Both the position numbers and the translations under genes were made by a program. A stretch of DNA of 64,000 nucleotides, taken from contig OZ024745.1 in the NCBI GenBank assembly GCA_964016885.1, forward strand, positions 121,706,001 through 121,770,000. The letters are read 5' to 3'. Of the stretch, positions 56,501-64,000 are shown piece by piece. Below the pieces are notes generated by a model that had not been told where the DNA came from, searched no databases, and saw only the letters and a list, made by a program, of their open reading frames with translations. How positions within the stretch are numbered: the first letter of the stretch is position 1; every line of letters begins with the position of its first letter. This DNA is from Eledone cirrhosa (Eukaryota).

Positions 56501-59500
56501 TTGTATGCCATCTATGACTAGTCTGTGTCTACAGTTGTATGCCGTCTATGACTAGCCTGTGTCTACAGTTGTATGCTGTCTATGACTAGTCTGTGTCTAT
56601 AGTTGTATGCCATCTATGACTAGTCTGTGTCTCCAGCTGTATGCCATCTATGACTAGTCTGTGTCTACAGTTGTATGCCATCTATGACTAGTCTGTGTCT
56701 CCAGCTGTATGCCATCTATGACTAGTCTGTGTCTACAGTTGTATGCCATCTATGACTAGTCTGTGTCTCCAGCTGTATGCCATCTATGACTAGTCTCTGT
56801 CTCCAGCTGTATGCCATCTATGACTAGTCTGTGTCTCCAGCTGTATGCCATCTATGACTAGTCTGTGTCTCCAGCTGTATGCCATCTATGACTAGTCTGT
56901 GTCTCCAGCTGTATGCCATCTATGACTAGTCTGTGTCTCCAGCTTTATGCTGTCTATGATTTGCCATGTTTTTATTTTGTAAAATTCAAATATTTTTCAT
57001 ATATATTTAGCCAGGTGTGCTGCTATTTTTCATGTGTTCCAAGGTGTGCCGTTGGTCAAAAAAGGACGAGAACCACTGAGCTAGACTAAGGATAGGATGC
57101 AAGACATTTAGAGAGCTACTCCCACTGTTGACTACAAAAGATTTCTCCCTACATACAAAAGGAAGGCTGTATGACACCTGTATGGAAAATGTGATGCTGC
57201 ATGGTAGTGAAACATGGGTAGTGACTATTTTAAACTGGATAGAAACAGTTATCATTAGCGTCAGACGCCATGCTTTGAAGCATAGAGTTATAGCCCTTTG
57301 CGTTATGAGTTCAAATCCGCTGAGGTTAACTTTGCCTTTCATCTTTACGGGGTCAATAAAATAAAGTACCAGTAATGCACTGGGGTAATTGATGGCCTTG
57401 TGCCAAAAGTAGAAACAATTATTATCATCATCCTTTTATCCTCACTTTTTCCATGCTTGCATGGTTGGAAGGGTCTTTTCCAGCATAGCTTCTCTCTACT
57501 CATTGTGTTCCTTTGTCATCTCCTCTGTGAGCTTCAATGATTTGAGATCAGCTCTCATCACCTCTGCCCGAGTCTTCCTTGGTTTTTGTTGTAGAGGAAA
57601 AAACCCTGAACACCCCTGTGTAACTAAAAGTGGACTAGGCAAAAAGTCTATAAATAAGAACTGAAGTGAACTGTGTGTACGGAGTCTCATTGTAATCTCT
57701 CGGTAGTTCAGAATTACGCCTGGTGAATACCTTGAGTTTTTTTACTGATATACAAAACAGGGGTTTCACACCATTATAATAGTCTTCCTCAACTGCAGCC
57801 TCCTTCCACCAGCATCATATTCATCACATGTCTATACCAGTGCAGTCTTCATTCTTACACACTATATCTGATTCCTTTTGTACTCACTTTATCAGGTTGT
57901 CGACATCTCTTCTTCTCCTTTTCATCCTCCTCCTCATCATCATCATTGTCATTGCTGCACTGCCACAGCCTTACATAAACAGGGACAAGATAAGAACTGT
58001 TGATCTTCCAGCTGATAGACCAATACCCTATCAGCTCAGTCAGTTGTGACTCACCATAACCCTTTAGCATTTAAACTGGCCGTATCTGGCCATAATTCTC
58101 TCACGTCTTTCTGTTCAAACCGGCCGTAACTTGCTACTCATACTGACATTAAGATATTGTTCTCAAAACAAATAACATCAAAATCTCATAGATTTGATAT
58201 TATATGAGATAAAGCCTTTACCTCAAAAATACAATAATATATATAGAGTAATGTAAATGCTAAAGGGTTAAACAATATGCAAGATAAAAAAAAAGTAGTC
58301 TTACCTTAAATTGGGCACCAACGGTTAGTTTCCGCACTTTATCCATATAGTGAGTCTCCTAGAAATGTTAGAAGTATTACATAAATATCACACAATTTAT
58401 GATTATATCAGAATTAAATTTAAAGTAATTTCTAAATATGACTCAGGATTTAAACTTTATATAAATATATTGGCGTAGCTTGGGGATCAGAGAGTCACTC
58501 CAGGTAGAACTGCTACTTCTCTGACTTGAGAGATCTCAGCACCGATACTATGGGCATATGGTTAGAATGTCTCAGGAAAGAATCACTGGACAGATTTTAC
58601 GGGCAAAACCAACTGGTAGGAGACCTAAGGGTAGACCCCGAGCAAGATGGTTGGATAACATCCATGAGCTTGGCTGGTCTGGAGCAAAAACCACAGTTTA
58701 TCAGCTAGCTTGGACTCAACAATCTCCTTGTATTTCTTTGCCAGACATTTAGCATTGACTTTACTGGGGAGGCTTAACAAGGCGATTTCTCTGGAATTGG
58801 AACAATCTCTCTTGTCTCACTTTTTGAAAATTGGGATTATCACTCCTGATAGCCATTGCTTAGGTGCCTTTCCAGAGAATACCTTCTCTATTTAAGGATT
58901 TTAACATCTTGGGCTGGATTTCATCTTACCCAGTGACCTTGCCACATTTGAGCTTTTTAATTGCTCTTGTGACCCCAGCCTCTGAGAGATTAGTCACCAC
59001 TTCCAGATGCACCTTGTGTATATCAGAAGATGCTGTTGTGACCTTGTTTAGGAGATCAGCAAAGTATTCTCTTCACCTTGTGAGGATGCACCTCTGTGAA
59101 GAGAGGAGAACCCCAGACATGTTCTTGATAGGTGTGGAGAAGGGCTTCTTATCACAAAGTTGGCGGATGGTCTGCCAGAACACTTTACTTGCTGATCTGA
59201 AGTCAGCTTAACCACAAATTCCTCCCGTGTCTTAACTTTGGACACCTCTACTGTCTCTGCTGCAATTCTTTGTGCCTGCTTGTAGCACAAGTGCAAGGGG
59301 GGGGGGGGGGGACGACACTTATTTCCAAGCCAAGCTTTGTAAGCCTTTTTCTTTGCTTGGATGGCAACAAAGCCTCTTTCACCCACAGCATTTATTAGCT
59401 GAAGCAGAAACTGCTGAGCTAAACAATCTCCACACTGTCACAACATCCTCAGTTTGCTCAGGGAGTTCTCTGAATTTAGATGCAATAGTATCTGCATACA

Positions 59501-59972
59501 TTATCCTGACTTCCTTCTCCACTAAAGCTTCCCACTTTATCCTGTAGGTCGCCCTGGACCTGCCAGTTTTGCGAGCTTCATTGCTAGAACAGAAGTCTAA
59601 TAAAGCCTCTCCAATTGTATTTAGATCGGAGTTACCATTCCTTCCTATCACTCCGGTGGCCAGTGCCAACATGTGATTTGAAGTCTTCTATCAAGATATA
59701 TGACTTAAGTCTTAACTACATCTAATGCTGAAGTGACTTCATCAAGGAAGGATCTGCATTTGGATTCCTTGTTTGGTGCATAAACTTGCATCACTCGCAG
59801 AGACCTACCTTTCAGCCTAAGCTTCTAGAGGCAAATCCTCCCTCCTAATGGGATCCAGACCACAACACATTCTGAAAATTCTCTATATAAAAATAATTTC
59901 TTACCTTGAAATTTAAGTCTTTCAGTCTGGCAGCTGATCGAGGGTCAAAAGTTCCCGTTCGCTTTATGTGAC
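20123..59972 (-). CDS. myo28: Partial multi-exon gene: unconventional myosin with motor C-terminus, one IQ motif, SH2 domain and Pro-rich tail (class XXVIII-like). 5' exons not found in window; terminal exon not located.
   Basis: 14 exons with AG acceptors and GT donors (one GC) join in frame: ...TVGAQFK/NSLIVLMEKM...FIRCLKPN.../LQYTGVLETTKIRREGF.../...QIG/KTRVFLK...MQR/VVRGFLAWKKY...WFHGIISR/RKSEELL...GAFLIRVSESRFGYSLSI/RDKTDFRHYMI...LCDLIKYH. The class call rests on the domain architecture. Confidence 0.8.
21063..22290 (+). mobile_element. 5'-truncated RTE-clade LINE with (GAT)n tail
   Basis: GLKVNLTKTK, Cys/His insert, FCYLGD, AMLHGSETW, WYGHVMR, GRPKKTW. Confidence 0.9.
22371..22433 (-). 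CDS. Tail exon with PxxPxR motif: QKNNPPKLPERRPKSKFVESG
   Basis: tttttag acceptor, gtaagt donor, 63 nt, phase 0/0. Confidence 0.7.
22577..22928. mobile_element. Tigger/pogo-type MITE (second copy at 50044-50347)
   Basis: TA|CAG...CTG|TA termini; similar to the reverse complement of 50044-50347. Confidence 0.7.
23755..24290 (-). mobile_element. Degenerate RTE LINE 3' fragment
   Basis: DDCWMKKC...EEVVRTGLKTLNLTKEMT; similar to the other RTE copies. Confidence 0.65.
25770..25872 (-). mobile_element. Mariner terminal fragment
   Basis: TIR-like TA|CAAGGTGGGTCAGAAAAGTTCC; minus strand encodes GDYFEG, a mariner transposase C-terminus. Confidence 0.6.
26225..26290 (-). CDS. Exon after SH2 alphaB: DFECSTCDDILYDYVGYLELIK
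   Basis: attgcag acceptor, gtaagt donor, 66 nt, phase 0/0, no stop. Confidence 0.72.
26482..27757 (-). mobile_element. Full-length degenerate mariner transposon (about 1.28 kb)
   Basis: TIRs (TCAAAAAGTTTGTGGAAAAA and complement) in TA context; fragments EARTNIKFMVQLGW, ITAAYY, LFHHNNVPTH, HPPYSPDLA-like. Confidence 0.88.
27879..27994. ncRNA. Divergent pair of minimal type I hammerhead motifs in a fold-back (Penelope pLTR-like)
   Basis: Minus: UUGU CUGAUGA...GAAA CUC ca GAG UA ACAA. Plus: UCUUGU UUGAUGA uCCUGU aauaa ACAGGc GAAA CUC ca GAG UA ACAAGA. Confidence 0.7.
28097..28702 (+). mobile_element. Internally deleted RTE (BovB-type) derivative with a structured 5' end
   Basis: C-terminal zinc finger CSVCTRVFKSLAGLRSH near the 3' end; flanked by TA-rich repeats. 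Confidence 0.6.
29872..29926 (+). ncRNA. Minimal type I hammerhead ribozyme
   Basis: ACUGC-CUGAAGA-GGUcACAGCCA auga UGGCUGUcACC-GAAA-UAUAUA-UA^GCAGU. Intact core, 5-bp stem I, long stem II, palindromic stem III. Confidence 0.85.
30183..30615 (+). mobile_element. tRNA-headed SINE family B (CORE-like centre; RTE-type tail in some copies). Related copies near 23285, 25932, 33445, 39780, 62095, 62445, 63200.
   Basis: A box TGGCTTAGTGG, B box GTTCAATTC; CCTTGAGCAAGACACTT core in sibling copies; 3' tail shared with RTE LINEs ending in (GAT)n. Confidence 0.75.
31095..31765 (-). mobile_element. Vingi/Ingi-like LINE 3' fragment
   Basis: LCYSAAEYAC...LAGIAPP...LKFRKSF...WKCLN*LRSGVGR. Confidence 0.65.
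32038..32155 (-). CDS. SH2 C-terminal exon: DKTDFRHYMIDYLPNGKYVILGEPKPHQTLCDLIKYHQK
   Basis: ttcacag acceptor, gtacg donor, 118 nt; SH2 betaD HYxI and alphaB LxDLIxYH. Confidence 0.92.
32548..33387. repeat. Fold-back (palindromic) element centred on U2 snRNA fragments, interrupted by CR1
   Basis: The arm AGCTTATAACATTCAC... is mirrored at 33350-33387; the centre holds U2-like TTTTGGCTAAGATCAAAGTGTAGTATCTCTTC on the minus strand. Confidence 0.75.
32594..33108 (+). mobile_element. CR1-type LINE 3' end with (ATT)n tail (second copy about 35190-35583, minus)
   Basis: YSERLASLGMDTLKLRR...RKHFFTLRVAEAWNKLP. Confidence 0.8.
33982..34460. repeat. Compound (CA)n/(CT)n minisatellite, about 30-32 bp period
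   Basis: Repeated CACACACAGACATACACTTTCTCTCTCT. Confidence 0.95.
35009..35098 (-). CDS. SH2 core exon: KSEELLQNCCLGAFLIRVSESRFGYSLSI(R)
   Basis: tttttcag acceptor, 90 nt; FLIRVSES matches the SH2 FLVRES signature; donor is AG|GCAAGG. Confidence 0.92.
35670..37420 (-). mobile_element. 5'-truncated RTE LINE
   Basis: QFGFVSGKSTTDA, DLEKAFD, LYADDL, FRYLGD, GRPRKTW, (GAT)n tail. Confidence 0.92.
37918..38200. repeat. Imperfect fold-back/MITE
   Basis: Arms GTTACCACAATGTGAA...CTTATATTTCAGGATAAAAT are mirrored at 38080-38200. Confidence 0.65.
38311..38468 (-). CDS. Exon with SH2 N-terminus: PENEAKE...DWFVKTQ...GDFALWFHGIISR
   Basis: cttcag acceptor, gtaaat donor, 158 nt; WFHGxIxR SH2 start motif. 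Confidence 0.92.
38656..38931. mobile_element. piggyBac-type MITE. Other copies near 14528, 14748, 15516, 24395, 32310, 39345, 49352, 58060.
   Basis: TTAA|CCCTTTAGCATTTA...TAAATGCTAAAGGG|TTAA consensus termini. Confidence 0.8.
40746..40792 (-). CDS. Tail linker exon: xSNPDKYTLEDLKLVK
   Basis: atttag acceptor, gtaat donor, 47 nt; provides the needed phase 1 to phase 0 bridge. Confidence 0.7.
42965..43126 (-). CDS. IQ motif and neck exon: VRGFLAWKKYMNLKEQKRCYQMELDKFSESVKSEGDRVYEEILATNKYNKYDK
   Basis: gaatag acceptor, gtaag donor, 162 nt, phase 1/1; completes the IQ motif MQRVVRGFLAWK. Confidence 0.88.
43471..43824. repeat. 30-bp minisatellite, about 12 copies
   Basis: AGACAGRTGGTTATGAATGTTAAACAAGAT with a single variable position. 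Confidence 0.97.
43940..45519 (-). mobile_element. 5'-truncated RTE LINE (contains the 415-codon ORF)
   Basis: GVHQGSVLSP, YADD, FRYLGD, WYGHVMR, 3' UTR and (GAT)n tail. Confidence 0.93.
45600..46685 (+). mobile_element. Older degenerate RTE fragment (linker and RT N-terminus)
   Basis: GKAAGLSEIVAKML, DEMQFGF, DLEKSFD with many stops. Confidence 0.75.
46820..46911 (-). CDS. Myosin converter end and IQ start: KTRVFLKYSHIKQLDDKMSIVIAAAIHMQR
   Basis: tttgcag acceptor, gtaact donor, 92 nt; GKTxVFLK motif. Confidence 0.92.
47150..48830 (-). mobile_element. Degenerate RTE LINE
   Basis: GRAAGPSEIVAEML, NYRVIKL, QFGF, LYADDL. Confidence 0.85.
48912..48938 (+). pseudogene. U2 snRNA 5' fragment
   Basis: CTTTTAGCAAAGATCAAAGTGTAGTAT matches 25/27 to the invertebrate-type U2 5' region as recalled, including the branch-site recognition GTAGTA. 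Confidence 0.6.
49181..49276 (-). CDS. Myosin converter exon: YSILVSDLSTESTKEGCFKILKECKVEGVQI(G)
   Basis: ttgccag acceptor, gtaaat donor, 96 nt, phase 2/2. Confidence 0.9.
50044..50347. mobile_element. Tigger/pogo-type MITE
   Basis: TA|CAG...CTG|TA; same family as 22577-22928. Confidence 0.7.
50953..51038 (-). CDS. Myosin exon (SH1/SH2 helix region): LQYTGVLETTKIRREGFAVRPSFAEFVG(R)
   Basis: ccttag acceptor, gtaagg donor, 86 nt; GVLETxxIRRxGF motif. Confidence 0.95.
52281..52400 (-). CDS. Myosin exon: NSLIVLMEKMSVSVPIFIRCLKPNHEKKPNIFDEKYIRSQ
   Basis: ttttcag acceptor, gtaaag donor, 120 nt; conserved PxFIRCLKPN motif. Confidence 0.95.
53030..54150 (+). mobile_element. Degenerate RTE LINE (AP endonuclease end to RT start)
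   Basis: AGEFNGHVG...SQIDYLLV endonuclease motifs. Confidence 0.8.
54159..57079 (+). mobile_element. hAT-Charlie/Buster 3' remnant enclosing the 34-bp satellite
   Basis: 54159-54377 encodes EYPILCKR...TSYICELGFSTL...IRPNI...QAQISH*; a TIR-like GAGAACCACTG ends near 57079. Confidence 0.75.
54468..56960. repeat. 34-bp tandem satellite, about 73 copies
   Basis: Unit TATGACTAGTCTGTGTCT(A/C)CAG(T/C)TGTATGC(C/T)(G/A)TC; phase recurs every 1020 bp (30 units). Confidence 0.98.
57590..57770 (+). mobile_element. Possible short solo LTR inside an RTE remnant
   Basis: TGT...ACA ends and TATAAATA; TSD not evident. Confidence 0.35.
58305..58358 (-). CDS. Myosin exon: ETHYMDKVRKLTVGAQFK
   Basis: ttctag acceptor, gtaag donor, 54 nt; TVxxQFK myosin motif. 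Confidence 0.9.
58460..59880. mobile_element. Rearranged RTE remnant: plus-strand C-terminus joined to minus-strand endonuclease/RT
   Basis: Plus: GHMVRM...GRPRARWLD. Minus: QVYAPN, GEALLDFC, VIIPIFK. Confidence 0.7.
59905..59972 (-). CDS. Myosin exon (loop 2 region): xHIKRTGTFDPRSAARLKDLNFK
   Basis: ctttcaag acceptor, gtaag donor, 68 nt; phase-0 end matches next exon. Confidence 0.75.
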
Positions 59973-60206
59973 CTTGAAAGGATATAACAATAAAAAGTTA
60001 TGTGGAAATATTCAACAATTATCTCTGCTTTACTTGGCTCAATTTAGTTAACTGTGTAATTCTCAAATGAATTTGTCTTCGTGCTAACATAAAAAATAAT
60101 TATTATTATAGCTAGTAATATATGCTTACGCTGTATTTGACTAAATAAATTAGTCTATTAGTTGGGATTTGAAAAAACCCTCTGAATGGAAAAAAGGATG
60201 AGTATT

Positions 60207-60275
60207 GATGTACAAGGGACACAACCCCCATCTTTGGTTTGCCGGACCAATGTGTTACCATTACACCAATACACC
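60207..60275 (-). pseudogene. tRNA-like sequence (SINE head or tRNA pseudogene)
   Basis: GGTGTATTGGTGTAATGGTAACACATTGGTCCGGCAAACCAAAG folds into D and anticodon arms; T loop is degenerate. Confidence 0.4.
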
Positions 60276-60308
60276 CCCAACCATTCAATTAGAAGCTATA
60301 ATCATAGC

Positions 60309-60368
<60 letters not shown>

Positions 60369-61235
60369 AAGATACAAAGCAGGCTTTGTTTTCATTTGTA
60401 GAAGCTGTTCCCAAGTGTCAACTAGAAACTCAAGAGACAGCAAGATAATGTGTTAAGATAATACACAAGTTCCATTTGTATGAGTGTGTGTATATATTTG
60501 AGTGCATGAAGATCTGTATGAATAATTTTTATTTGGGTATTTTTAAAATTCAAAATTCCATATGTATGTACATAAACATATTAATATTATAGATAATACA
60601 GGTACCTAAAAACAGTTTTTTTATTAATGCATTTTTGCTTTTTTTCAAGATGTCTAAGATTTCAGCTGGTTGTGTGTCTCTGTTCTTTTCTAGCCAGTTA
60701 TTAGTATTGTAAGTGACCTGTAATAAAATGAAATAATGAAATATGGTGAATTATATAAAAGTTTATGAAATAATTTTACAATTATTTTGTTGTTTAGAGA
60801 TAAAATTATTTCTTTCCTTGAAGATAAAATTATTTTATACTTAAAATATTATAATTCTATTTTCCTATGGTAATAAATTTAGATTCTTTTGAGTTGTTCA
60901 TCACGACTGTAGTATGGAGAAGACTATTCTTTTGTGAGAAAAAGGAAAAAATATTATAAGCCATTGGCTAATATGTTTTGTTTTTTTTCTTACCACTTAT
61001 TTCATTTTTCAATGCTTTAAAAGTCTATATTTTGATTGCTCCATTAGAATCCTCTTCATAAAGTGGGGAAAAAGTAATAAATTGCTGAACATGAATAGTC
61101 ATTTGAAAATCATAGATAGTCATATTTATTTTATTTCATATTAGTATTAGTGCTCCAACATAGTGTTTTATATATATATATATCTGATACCATCAACACC
61201 ATAAACACAGAGCTGGAATATATAACAACTGACTA

Positions 61236-61291
61236 ACTGCCTGATGAGGTCATAGCCATTCAATGGCTATCATCGAAATATATATAGCAGT
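61236..61291 (+). ncRNA. Minimal type I hammerhead ribozyme, same family as 29872
   Basis: ACUGC-CUGAUGA-GGUcAUAGCCAU uca AUGGCUAUcAUC-GAAA-UAUAUA-UA^GCAGU. Confidence 0.85.
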
Positions 61292-61391
61292 AAATAAAGG
61301 ATTATGAGACCATGCAATTGACTTATGTTTCGTCACTATATATATATATATAAATTACACAATTATCAAAGTTATGTTCAAATCATTTTAT

Positions 61392-61438
61392 TGCTGACAA
61401 TCGTTTCTTCCAAACTTTCGTTTGGAGTCATCGGAGCA
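61392..61438 (-). ncRNA. Hammerhead motif with U4C core variant, in the loop of a roughly 47-bp inverted repeat
   Basis: UGCU-CCGAUGA-cUCCAAAC gaaa GUUUGGAa-GAAA-C gauu G UC^AGCA. Confidence 0.65.
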
Positions 61439-61633
61439 TTAGCAATAAAATGATTTGAACATAACTTTGATAATTGTGTAATTTATATTCCTGCTCCGTA
61501 AAACACCTGATGTTCTTACATTGAGCTATTTTTCTTACTGGTAATAAGGTAGTAATAAATTACTGACCTTTCCTGTTTATAGTTGTTTATACTATATACA
61601 TAACTATAAATAGTATCATTATTATATATATAA

Positions 61634-61828
61634 AGGGCGGTGGATTGGCAGTATCGGTAGAGGGTCGGACAGCATGCTTTGAAGCATAGAGTTACGTCCC
61701 TTTATGATCTGAGTTCAAATCCCGCCGAGGTTAACTTTGCCTTTCATCCTTACGGGGTCGATAAAATAAAGTACCAGTAATGCACTGGGTAATTGCTGGC
61801 CTTGTGCCAAAAAGTAGAAACAATTATT
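61634..61828 (+). mobile_element. tRNA-headed SINE family A (Deu/Nin-like centre). At least 14 other copies, e.g. near 1500, 10249, 17883, 33715, 34491, 34698, 40290, 52505, 57250, 63728.
   Basis: A box TGGCAGTATCGG, B box GTTCAAATCCC, centre GCCTTTCATCCTTACGGGGTCGATAAAATAAAGTACC. Confidence 0.85.
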
Positions 61829-61830
61829 AT

Positions 61831-61866
<36 letters not shown>

Positions 61867-62925
61867 TACGTGTTGTAAATCGAATAATATTACAAGATGT
61901 TTATGAAAAACATTTGACGGCCTTTTGCTATGAACTTTTAAGGTTGTAATCACCATCAAACATCCTTAGTCTCAATAAAAACAAGGGGGAAGTAACCAAT
62001 AACATTGTTTCTCTCTTGTTGGTGGTTGTCAAGGCTACATACCCACCTAGTTACCAGAAGCTAGAATATTATAGATTTCTCACTTATATATATAAAGGCG
62101 TGTGGCTGAGGGGTTAGAGAATTGGATTCACAATCTTGAGGTTGTGAGTTCGATTTCCGGACCAGGCGATCCTTGAGCAAGAGACTTAATTTCATATTCC
62201 TCCTTCTACCTGGATTTGCAACTGATAGATAGTATTAGCAATTGGAAAGACCAATGAAAACATTGTTTTCTGAGTTTGATTTGATGAGCTTCACCCTATT
62301 CGTTAAGCGAATGAGGTCTGGGATCATGTCAATCGACTGTCGAATGTTGGTATATGAGCTGACGAAGCTCATTTGCATACAGAGTGGCAGCCAGCCCAGC
62401 TTTAATTAACAATTAGTATTGACGCTCCAACAAAACATTATGTATCATCATCATTCATCATTTCATTTTACGTCCGCTTTTTCCCTGCTTGCAAGGGTGG
62501 GACGGGAACTGATTCTGGCTTGATTTCTACAGCTGGATGCCCTTCCTAACACCAACCTCATTTACAGTGAGTGCTGGGTGCTTTTTTGCCGTGGCACCTC
62601 CACGACCACTTTGCAGTGGAATGATAGGGACCCCAGTCCCTATCATCTCATTTCTACAGCTGAGTAAACTGGAGCAATGTGAAATAAAGTCTCTTGCTCA
62701 AGGAAACAACACATTACCCGGTCTGAGAATTGAACTCACAACCTTTCGATTGCAAGGCCAATGCTCTAACCACTAAGCCATGTGCCTCCATTGTATATAT
62801 ATATGTATAGTATATTTGGTAATATACTGTATGTTTAATTAAAAACATTTTGAAGACCTTCCGCTATTATTTTAAAGTAGTGACTATGTCACTTACTTCT
62901 TTTTTCAGCAAAGGAAGGGAGAGAA

Positions 62926-62965
62926 GCTGACAGATCTGTTTCACACTGTTGGTGTTCCTCAGAGC
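62926..62965 (-). ncRNA. Minimal type I hammerhead motif
   Basis: GCU-CUGAGGA-ACAC caaca GUGU-GAAA-CAGAUCUG-UC^AGC; stem III ACAGAUCUGU is a perfect palindrome. Confidence 0.7.
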
Positions 62966-63097
62966 AACGTACTCGCTGACCTCTGCCGAAAATTATAGAG
63001 GCTGGATTCTTATAGAATTCCAGTAATAATCAGGAACTGATTATACAGAGCGATTGCCAGTCCAGCAAAAATTAAAAATGACAGAGCACCAATCCTA

Positions 63098-63134
<37 letters not shown>

Positions 63135-64000
63135 ATGTCTATTTCATATTACTTTTTAGTAAATGCTGTTGTTGGATCTTCATAATTTCTCATGAGGAGT
63201 ACTGGTTCAATCAACAAAACTGCCTGCTTGTGAAATCAACGTGCAAGTGACTGAGCATCCCACAAACACATGCACCCTTAATGTAGTTCTTAGGGATATT
63301 CAACATAACACAGTGTGTGACAAGGCTGGCCCCTTCAATTACAGGTACAAACTCATTTTTGCCAGTTGAGTGAACTGGAGCAACAGAAAATAAAGTGTCT
63401 TGCCCAAGGAAACAACATGTCACTTGGAATGGTAATCAAACTCACGACCTTATGATCATAAGTCAAACACCTTACCCATTTAACCATGCATAATAAAGTA
63501 ACAATAAACAATAATAAAGTCGAAAAAATCACAAGATTTTAACCATAAATGCATTTCTGTTTCACTGGAGATTTTCACTGTGAAAATCTTAGATTCCTAT
63601 TTGAAAGTAAAATAATTGTTTCTACTTTTGGCACAAGGCCAGCAATTATCCCAGTGTATTACTGGTACTTTATTTTATCGACCCCGTAAGGATGAAAGGC
63701 AAAGTTAACCTCGGCGGGATAAATAATTGTTTCTACTTTAGGCACAAGGCCAGCAAATTACCCAGTGCATTACTGGTACTTTATTTTATCGACCCCGTAA
63801 GGATGAAAGGCAAAGTCAACCTCGGCGGGATTTGAACTCAGATCGTAAAGGGACGTAACTATGCTGGAAAGCATGGCGTCCGACCCTCTACCGATACTGC
63901 CAATCCACCACCACCCACTCGGCGGGATAAATAATGCCAACCAGTATTAAGTATGTTAATACAACTTAACTATTTATTGCATGAATGGTATCTCTGAATT

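Noticed and set aside
54468-56960. CRISPR-like array (34-bp repeat with internal palindrome)
   Set aside because: Units are directly adjacent with no unique spacers, there are no cas genes, and the context is eukaryotic.
60994-61025. Possible short phase-1 exon (TFKALKNEIS)
   Set aside because: Poor acceptor context and no match to the conserved myosin segment expected here.
62897-62985. Possible upstream myosin exon (GTAAGT donor at 62896)
   Set aside because: No frame resembles the expected myosin sequence; better explained by the hammerhead element.

Overview
AT-rich, repeat-dense eukaryotic (metazoan) DNA. The tRNA-derived SINEs, RTE LINEs and microsatellites suggest a mollusc, probably an octopus; this is inference. 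The ORF track misses the main gene. Reading splice signals on the minus strand gives 14 phase-compatible exons (59972 to 20123) encoding the C-terminal part of a myosin motor, one IQ motif, an SH2 domain and a proline-rich tail, which is class XXVIII-type myosin architecture. One intron is GC-AG. Introns and flanks contain a Helitron cluster with a nested Gypsy element, CRE-, R4-, RTE-, Vingi- and CR1-type LINE remnants, mariner, hAT, Tigger and piggyBac-type DNA elements, two SINE families and three tandem arrays. The most striking unannotated signal is a dispersed set of minimal type I hammerhead ribozyme motifs in short, mostly (TA)n-embedded and sometimes fold-back elements (Penelope pLTR/retrozyme-like). 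There is also a candidate HDV-like ribozyme heading an RTE derivative, and a palindromic element centred on U2 snRNA sequence.
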